Shown here piece after piece: positions 1-7,900 of a stretch of DNA of 60,721 bases. Within the stretch, counting starts at the first letter, position 1. Each line of letters begins with the position of its first letter. This DNA is from Bacteroidales bacterium (GTDB lineage: Bacteria; Bacteroidota; Bacteroidia; Bacteroidales; UBA1715). The notes beneath the pieces are model-generated. The model saw only the letters and a program-made list of their open reading frames with translations, was not told where the DNA came from and made no database searches. Position numbers and translations under genes: made by a program. Location of the stretch: positions 1 to 60,721 of the forward strand of contig JAQICB010000104.1 of NCBI GenBank assembly GCA_027858745.1. The letters run 5' to 3'.

Positions 1-2
1 AT

Positions 3-62
3 AAAGCAACAGGCACCAAATCAATGATTAATAGAAAATCAAAATATGTAGTGTACCATTAA
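3..62 (+). CDS. Possible 3' end of a gene entering from outside the window (..KATGTKSMINRKSKYVVYH*)
   Basis: Open frame from base 3 to TAA at 60-62, convergent with the 238-1014 gene; too short to verify. Confidence 0.2.
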   Translation, partial: KATGTKSMINRKSKYVVYH

Positions 63-237
63 TTCTTTAACATACTGATTCTGAATTTAGTTTTTTATCT
101 ATTATACAAGTTGGGTTAACGAGAGACGATGATTAATTTTCCCTTCAAAAAGGTATTCTCTACACCCTTATAATTATAACAACATTTTAGTTGAATTTAA
201 CTCAGAAGTTGAATTTATTACTTTTTAATTATTAGCA

Positions 238-1014
238 TCATAATAGTTCAATCATTTTCTTCACAAAAGGTTTGGTAAAATCATTATCTTCCCAATATCT
301 TACATGAGCACCAGCATATAAGCCAGTGTTGATTTGGAAATCTTCCACCATATTGTATGATGGACTTAATTGTTTTAGTGGCCAACCGAGTACATCATCC
401 TTGTCATAGTAATTTTGCCATATAAAATTTTCATTACGTTTGTCAAAAGCAACAATTTTACTTTCAGGTAAACCAGATACGAATAGAGGAAGGTTACATC
501 CAATAGAAACAAAATAATTTAAAGAACGCAAATTATTCTTTGGAGTAGCAGGGGAGTTTTTAAAAATTCCTTTGCCGTTATCTGCATCCCAAATATATGT
601 TGAAAGTACTTGTACGCCCATAGATGCAGCAACTATTACAAGTTTTGCATTTTTATCTTGAATCATTAGATTGTGTTCTTCTTCTACTTTATCACGAATG
701 TGTCTGTGAACTTTCTTGTATGGACTATCATCAGCTTCGGGATTACGTTCAAATGTAACAGCATCGCCAAATGCTTCAACTACAAATTTTCTAAGGCTTA
801 GAATACCTCCTAGTTTATTTGAAGTATCAAGACGGTTAAATAACTCAGTTTGATGCTCATCAATTTCAGTCACATTAAAAGGTCGAGTTTCAACGATTGT
901 AAAATTGTTTTCGAGAAGAGTTCCTTTTGAAAACTTTTTAATTTCTTTCTCAAGACCTTTAGAATACCCAGCTTGTTTTGTGCCAATGCCTGGGATTGTG
1001 AGTATGTATATCAT
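238..1014 (-). CDS. Alpha/beta-hydrolase fold protein (lipase/phospholipase-like)
   Basis: N-terminal TIPGIG oxyanion-like motif, nucleophile elbow VAASMG, W-x-N-YY-D-x-DD-VLGWPL and C-terminal H-x-x-YW; no signal peptide. Confidence 0.7.
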   Translation of the reverse strand: MIYILTIPGIGTKQAGYSKGLEKEIKKFSKGTLLENNFTIVETRPFNVTEIDEHQTELFNRLDTSNKLGGILSLRKFVVEAFGDAVTFERNPEADDSPYKKVHRHIRDKVEEEHNLMIQDKNAKLVIVAASMGVQVLSTYIWDADNGKGIFKNSPATPKNNLRSLNYFVSIGCNLPLFVSGLPESKIVAFDKRNENFIWQNYYDKDDVLGWPLKQLSPSYNMVEDFQINTGLYAGAHVRYWEDNDFTKPFVKKMIELL

Positions 1015-1015
1015 G

Positions 1016-2464
1016 TTATTTTTTTAAAATGGTTACAATATTGTCTTGGTCTTTGAGAAAATATACTCCATTGGGTAAGTGCGAAATATCAATTTTCTCT
1101 TCACCATTTATTTTAGTCTGTAAGACAACCTTACCTTGATTATTATAAATTGTTATTGGCTCTTTATTTGAAGAACTAATTGTGATGTATGAATGAGCAG
1201 GATTAGGATATACTTTGGTTTTTTCAAGGTAATTATTAGTTATTGCCGTTGTAACTTTAAGTGCTTCTTGAAAAATTGTAACCTCATTGCTTGTTAAAGT
1301 CGTTATTGTAATTGAACCAATTCTTTCTTCAAGAGAGGTGTTTCCTGTAACTGTTATTGTTAATGAATCTGTACTTGTTCCAGATGAAGGAGAAACTGTT
1401 ACCCAAGGGGTACTTGAAGTAACTGTCCAATTCTCAGTTTCACTAGGTCTAATTTTGATAGTTTCAGAACTACTTGTGAAATTCACCATTTCTTTGATTA
1501 TACCAAAATCTTTCCATACTTGAGCAATACTATATGCTTCTTTAGTACCATAAGGTACAGTTAGTGTGCAGTTAGCTTGATTGCTATTTTCAAATACAGA
1601 TGAATATGGAAAATATGCAGGTATTTCTTCATAATTATATACATTGCTTAAAGTAGTATTTGCAGAGAAAACATATTGCTTACAATTAGGTACATGTTTT
1701 AGAATAATTGTTTCTAAATCAGAATCATTAAAACAACCTACACCTAAAATGTCAATAGTTGGTGGAATTGTGATACTTTGTAATTTAGTTGTTTCAAAGG
1801 CGTATCTATCCATTGCAGTAATAGATTCTGGAATTGTTAGAGATGAAATATCACTATTATCAAATGCATTTTTTTCGATAAATGTTACTGTATTAGGAAT
1901 ATTAACAGTTGCAATAGAAGTACCATAAAAAGATGTGCTGCCAATTGTTTTGACTCCATAAGGAATCGAAAATGTCCCAGTAAGTGTTCTATCTACATAG
2001 AAGATTTCTGATTTGTCTAAATTATAAACAACATTATTTTCAATAATAAAGTTTGTGTTTGTAGGTGATATTTCAAACACAATTTCTTTACCATCAAAAA
2101 CATTATTCCCAATTATTTCAAGATTACTAGGAAGAATAACGTATTTTAACTTGTTACCATATGAGAAGCAAGCTTCTGGTAATTCATTGTCAGCATACGT
2201 TCCCCATTGATCATCTATAGCTTTTAGATTTGCGTTGCTTAAATCTAAAGTATCTATATCGAAAAAATTAACCGTAAGGTTATTTAAATCTTTTGCATTA
2301 ATATCCCCTGTTATAGTAAGGTGATTTGTAGCCGAAGCATCATCAAAATCAAATAGTGTATATGCTGTTCCTGGAGTTATAACATTAAGAGTTAAATGAC
2401 CTGTAGCAGCCTTAAGTATCGTTACTGTTACAATACAAAGGAAAAAGAGTGTAATTTTTTTCAT
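1016..2464 (-). CDS. BspA-type leucine-rich repeat protein with BACON domain and T9SS type A C-terminal sorting domain
   Basis: Start moved to MKKITLFF (ATG 2464, signal peptide); repeats IPxxVTxIxxxAF; WTVTSSTPWVTVSPSSG..N...ER.G.ITI (BACON); VYPNPA...GVYFLK...KK sorting domain. Confidence 0.85.
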   Translation of the reverse strand: MKKITLFFLCIVTVTILKAATGHLTLNVITPGTAYTLFDFDDASATNHLTITGDINAKDLNNLTVNFFDIDTLDLSNANLKAIDDQWGTYADNELPEACFSYGNKLKYVILPSNLEIIGNNVFDGKEIVFEISPTNTNFIIENNVVYNLDKSEIFYVDRTLTGTFSIPYGVKTIGSTSFYGTSIATVNIPNTVTFIEKNAFDNSDISSLTIPESITAMDRYAFETTKLQSITIPPTIDILGVGCFNDSDLETIILKHVPNCKQYVFSANTTLSNVYNYEEIPAYFPYSSVFENSNQANCTLTVPYGTKEAYSIAQVWKDFGIIKEMVNFTSSSETIKIRPSETENWTVTSSTPWVTVSPSSGTSTDSLTITVTGNTSLEERIGSITITTLTSNEVTIFQEALKVTTAITNNYLEKTKVYPNPAHSYITISSSNKEPITIYNNQGKVVLQTKINGEEKIDISHLPNGVYFLKDQDNIVTILKK

Positions 2465-2480
2465 AATATTAAGTTTTAAG

Positions 2481-3104
2481 TTATTTTTTACCACCTTGTA
2501 GGTGCGTGAATTTTTCAAAAGTTTTTACAGACAGGTTATTATCCTCAATAAGATTTGCCAAATAAACTTCTTCGATATGCCACATAGCATCGAATGTAAC
2601 CTTATCAAGCTCCACATTTTTTATTTTTTCGATTGCCGAAGAAGCGTATTTTTTTGCAAATTCAGGTGAACGAAAACCTAATAGACCACTACAAGGGATT
2701 CCTATCCTTGTTGGTCTTATATTAAAATGATTACAATATAAACCATTATGCCCACCACGAATCATTTCGCAATAGACATCAGAATCTAATTTTGTTATTT
2801 TATCATATAATATAACATCAACATCAACCATTAAGTATGGTTCATTTTGCTCAAGGTGTACTTGGAATTTGCCAATATTGAAAAACCTATCGTCAATTAA
2901 TTCAAAATCAATAATTTCAATTTTTGCATTTATTTTGTTATGTATATACTCATAGCCTTCTTCATCAGTATATACCGTTACATCATAGTTTTTTGAATGC
3001 ACTTCAAGAGCATCATTCCAAAATTTAAATAAACTACGTTTTGAAGAAAAACCAGCGTTTCTCTTTTCTCCTCCAAACGTATTATATGTCTGTACAAGTC
3101 TCAT
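2481..3104 (-). CDS. DUF6734-like protein, putative GT-A glycosyltransferase
   Basis: Motifs VYTDxxG, GKF...QNEPYLMVDVDVI (DxD) and IEE near the C-terminus resemble DUF6734 proteins as I recall them. Confidence 0.6.
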   Translation of the reverse strand: MRLVQTYNTFGGEKRNAGFSSKRSLFKFWNDALEVHSKNYDVTVYTDEEGYEYIHNKINAKIEIIDFELIDDRFFNIGKFQVHLEQNEPYLMVDVDVILYDKITKLDSDVYCEMIRGGHNGLYCNHFNIRPTRIGIPCSGLLGFRSPEFAKKYASSAIEKIKNVELDKVTFDAMWHIEEVYLANLIEDNNLSVKTFEKFTHLQGGKK

Positions 3105-3105
3105 C

Positions 3106-4965
3106 TTAAACCTTCATTTTTTGTCCAGTAATAGTAAGTAGTCTCCAACCGTTTTGGTCAACCCAATCAGTCCAATCTGCATTAGACCAATTAGCATTTA
3201 GATTGTTGAAGTTAAATGTAACATCACCTTCAGATAAATCAATAAATTTTTGGTAATTAGCCCAATACTGGCCACCGCTATAACCGTTCCAATTCACATC
3301 AGACCATCCCCAGCCTCTTGTAACCCCAGTACCATTACCAAGATTTAACACAATAGGAGTTACATTATTATAGAATTTATTAATTTCCCATGACCCCTGA
3401 GCCATCCAATCTCCAGTGTCAATACATATATCTGAGAAGTACATAAATCGAATAAAAGCTTCGTCTGTTTCAAATAATGTAATATCAAAATTTGTAGATT
3501 CTGCAACTTTATATTTTAATTTAATTTCAAAAACTCCTGTTTCATATACAACCTTATCCATAATATATGTAGAAGTTTCAACTCTTGATTTTTCTATAAT
3601 ATTTGTTAATTGAATAGAATTAATTTTACGAAGATCTTCACCTTTTGCAATTAATAACTCAGAACTTGGAACATCTTCAGAAGTAATATCTTGATGATCA
3701 TTAATAAAAGCACCTACACCCCATGACATTTTTGCAATTGTTCCACCATAGACTTCAGAAACGGGGTCTACTTCTATTTGACTATTACTAGAAAAATTAA
3801 CACTACCGTCACTAAAGAAATAAATTTTATCTGAACTTGTAGTAGCTTGAATTTTAAAAGCTTTTGAAGTATTTCCAGATTGTTTATAATTATATCGATG
3901 ATTTCTAACATCAACAATCACAAAAGTGATATTATCCATATCAAGAATAAAAGGGTGATTTGTTAAGTTCGGCTCGCCACTACCATTAAAATTACCAGTG
4001 ACACTCACGAATGTACATGCATTGAATTTAATTTGCCCCATAGGAGTATCACTACCCGCATTTGCATATTTAATATTAGGAGTTGTAGCATTTATGTTTG
4101 TACCAATATAATTTGAAAAAGATATATCATTAAAAATGATATTATAAACTCGTTGAGTATTCTTATCATTAATAGTTGCTGCATTACCAAGAATCTCAAT
4201 ACCCAATGAATTTTCAGTTTTTTCAGCATTCCATGCCAGACTTTTCCAACTCATTGCTCCACGTTGAATTGTCCAATGTCCTCCTTGTATAGAAATAATA
4301 TTTTCATTCTGTAATAGAGTATAATTATTTAAATCAAGCGTAATTGCTTCAAGGTTAAAAACATGATGAGATGTTAAAATTATATCATTTTTAAATAAGA
4401 TTTTACCAGCAACATAGTTTGGGCTTGTATTTATGAGAATAATAGCATCTATTAATTCTTGTTCAGTTCCAACACTAATAATAGCAAAATTTGCCTTGTT
4501 TTTGACACTATCAGGAATTTGACTTTCAGGAACAACACCATTAACTAAGTCAGCTTTTAGGTTTAAAAGGTTTATTAAGTCTTGTTGCTCTGTTATGTCA
4601 CCAGTAATATTTCCCCATACCGCACTAACATCACTATTAGCAATTTTTAACCATCCAGTTGATGTCTTTACTGCTAAATCTCCAATATTCCATTCTGTTA
4701 TGCCTCCTAAATTAGTAGTTCCAGTTGAGGATACTCTCCATGCATTACCATTTGGTATTGGGTCATCTGTAGAGGGAAGGTTACCTGTTGATGCATCCCA
4801 ATCACCTTGAAGTTTTATTGCTCCAAAGTCAGTTCCAATTTGAGAAAACAAATCAGAAATAGATACTTTTTTTGTAACTCCTTCGCTGGTGTCTACTATT
4901 ACTACTAAGTCTTCTCCTGTTACTTCTTGAGCTTGTTCTAATTTTGAAATAGGTAAATCTGCCAT
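3106..4965 (-). CDS. Phage tail-fibre/tailspike-like protein
   Basis: N-terminal MADLPISKL..TGEDLVVIVD..TKKVSISDL; GDWDAST...GTTNLGGITEWNIGD...W.K module; WGNITGDITEQQDL..LNLKADLVNGVVPESQIP motif; then an Asn/Ile-rich beta-helix-like body. Confidence 0.65.
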   Translation of the reverse strand: MADLPISKLEQAQEVTGEDLVVIVDTSEGVTKKVSISDLFSQIGTDFGAIKLQGDWDASTGNLPSTDDPIPNGNAWRVSSTGTTNLGGITEWNIGDLAVKTSTGWLKIANSDVSAVWGNITGDITEQQDLINLLNLKADLVNGVVPESQIPDSVKNKANFAIISVGTEQELIDAIILINTSPNYVAGKILFKNDIILTSHHVFNLEAITLDLNNYTLLQNENIISIQGGHWTIQRGAMSWKSLAWNAEKTENSLGIEILGNAATINDKNTQRVYNIIFNDISFSNYIGTNINATTPNIKYANAGSDTPMGQIKFNACTFVSVTGNFNGSGEPNLTNHPFILDMDNITFVIVDVRNHRYNYKQSGNTSKAFKIQATTSSDKIYFFSDGSVNFSSNSQIEVDPVSEVYGGTIAKMSWGVGAFINDHQDITSEDVPSSELLIAKGEDLRKINSIQLTNIIEKSRVETSTYIMDKVVYETGVFEIKLKYKVAESTNFDITLFETDEAFIRFMYFSDICIDTGDWMAQGSWEINKFYNNVTPIVLNLGNGTGVTRGWGWSDVNWNGYSGGQYWANYQKFIDLSEGDVTFNFNNLNANWSNADWTDWVDQNGWRLLTITGQKMKV

Positions 4966-4990
4966 GATAGTATGTTTTAATGTTATATTT

Positions 4991-7900
4991 TTAAATAGTT
5001 ATTGTGTTGTCATTGAAATTGAATAATCCTGATGAATTTTCTACATCGACTTTAAAGCGATGGTAGATTGGTTCTCCATCTTCATCTACTTTTGAAAGTG
5101 TTTGTGTTATATCAAATGATATTTCATCATCATCGTTTTTTTTAAATGAGTGTAATAGATTCCAGTTTCCACTATCATTCATTTTGTAGACATAGTATGT
5201 CGCATTGTGAACCACTTTAGCCCATGTTAGTTTTCCACCGATTATTTCAGTTTCTGTACTGTTTACTTCATCTTTAGTAAAAGTAAGTTCTGGAGCTTCT
5301 GGATTAACAGTATCTACAATATTAGCAAGTACTGTTTTTGAACCTAATGAAGGAACATAGTCTATTACTTGAACTCCTTTTGGTGTCGCGTAATTTATCT
5401 TTCTTAGTCCAATAACTTTATAGAATAATGGATCTCCATAAGGGACGAAATTTTCAAAACTAAAATTATCTATGATTTCTATAGTTTGAGCATCCATTAA
5501 GTTTTCATTTTCTAAGTCAACTTCTTTAACCATATTCATGGTTCTAATAGTAGCTGAATTACTTGCTTGTTCAGCTCTATAAATTTGAAACTTAGTAATG
5601 CCTTGAATTTCTGGATAATTACTCACCGTAATTTTAACTGCTGTAGGTATTTCTTGAACTACGTCTTCTACTTGTGTTTTAATACTTGTTATTTTAGGAG
5701 CATTAGGAGCAGATGTATTTACTAATTGTATTGGTCCAGAAATTGGTCCTTGTTCACTGAACTGCATAAGGTCATTTATTTCTATGCCATAATAGAAGTA
5801 GAAGTTTTTAGCAGCACCATCAAGAGTGAAATCTGTAAATTGTATTATAGGTTTACTACTTGTATTCACAATCTTAGCCATTGGAGCTTGATCAAAAGCA
5901 ATATCACTTGGATCAAGCATATTTCCTGCTTGGTCACGAACCACTTGTTTCTTGTTTGTAGGAACATAATCTACTCCTGAGTTCATATATCCATATATGA
6001 GTGGTTGCTCTGTTAATGGTAAAAAAGCAGAATAGATGGCTTTTTTGTATTTCTCAATATCAGCACTTGGTTCAGATATTCCATCAAATAAATTTCTGTC
6101 ATATCTATCTTTAGCTTTATCTGGAACAGGAAAACGATAACCATCTGTTGGTGGAAAAGTTCCAATAGAGTCGTCAGCAAAAAGAGTATCAAAATCGACA
6201 AGGTTCATCCAACGAGAAGTAAAACTTTCATCTTCACCTAATGCAGCTAAATCTTCTCTAATTTGTATAACTGTTGCTGGTTCATATAATGCTTCTAAAA
6301 TCATACGTTCACTACTTCTATAGAAAGCAAGTGCATATGGTTTATGTTGACATTTGATTTTAAATGTATAAGTTGACTTATTATAGTAGTCAGGACGTGT
6401 TGCAAACAAAGCACCTTCTGGTTTATATGGAGGTAATGCTTCAATTATTTCATATGCATGTAAAGCAACAGGACGATGCATCTTTGATGTGTAGTGTTCT
6501 TGATTTTGGTCAAAGTTATTTGTGTCAACAGTTCTTGCAGATAGATATGTTGTACGTGTACTTTCATCTGTTTGAGGAAAAACATTTTCATTTGTTAAAC
6601 CAGCATTCGTATCAACATAACAATATGCTTTGTATCCTGGGTAGTAATTAACTTCAATATCTGCACCTGTTTCAATTGGTGATACTTCATATTGAGAATC
6701 AAATACTAGTAATGAGAGAGGTTCACCAACAGAACTTATAATTTGATTAACTTCTATATTTTTCTTTTGACCATACGGGTCAGCATCAAAGTTTTCGGTT
6801 GATAGAACTGTTGTTCCATCATCATCGTACTGAGTTATATCATATGCTGCTGTATGTACTCGTAAAGAACCTTTATACCAATTTACTGGATTACTATCAG
6901 AGTTTTGAGGGTGCGCACAATGTATTTTGTTATTGAGTGTAACGATGTATGCTCCAGGAATTATTTCACTTGTTCCTTCTTCTGTAGCTTGAGTGATTGT
7001 TGCTGAATCATTAATGCCTCTTATTTTTTGTATTACTTTTTCATCGAGACTAATAACTCCTGGGACACTTTTTTCAAGTGTTTCATCCCATACTTGAGGA
7101 ACAGTTGTTTCTGTTACTTCTGCATCCCACATTGGCGATGATTCGTCTAAATCTGTAAGTAGAATTTCCGTTGAAAGAGGTGTAGGAGTATTACTATCAT
7201 CTTGCCAGTTTTCTACATTTGCCATATTTTCTATTACAGTAAATGGTTCTGCAATATATGCTGTAGGGTCAGTTATCCTTAATGTACCTGCATAATTTGG
7301 AGTCCCTGTTTCTGTAATGTCACGATCATCTGATATACTACGTTCTTCAATATTTTGAACTATAAATATTGAGCCATCACCAGATTGTTCAGGAGGCAGT
7401 ACTTCAACTATTGTAAATGTTTTGTTCTTTACTGTAAGAACACCACCGACAAAACGAGAATATTCTTCAGAAGGAATAATTGCTTCTGATGTAACTAATT
7501 CTGTTGAGTTAATAATTGGAGAACTATATTTGTTTGTTACTACTTTACTTAGAACAGAACTACCATTATATGCCGATACTGTTTTTATACCTCCGTTATA
7601 GTATCTAGGTTCAGATTTTCGATAAAATAATTGCACTTTATCAGCAAAGTCATGAGTAATATCATGAGTATGCGAATAGTCAAATGTTACTCTTACAAGA
7701 GTTTTGTCTTCATTTGGATTATTAGATAAAAGTGTTTGTTCTGTATCTGTTGTGAGAACAAGGTTACTTTCTGGCTGGATTACTTGTGCTTGTAAATTAT
7801 AAGGTGGTAATAATTTATTCGGTTTAACAAATTCTGTATTATCTGTTATTTGCGTATTACTATGTATTGATGAACGAGAGAACCAGTTAATACTATATAC

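Noticed and set aside
189-217. 11-bp direct repeat AGTTGAATTTA x2
   Set aside because: Short, AT-rich, two copies only; plausible by chance.
3106-4965. Diversity-generating retroelement target (fibre-like gene)
   Set aside because: No reverse transcriptase in the window, and no template/variable repeat pair was noticed.
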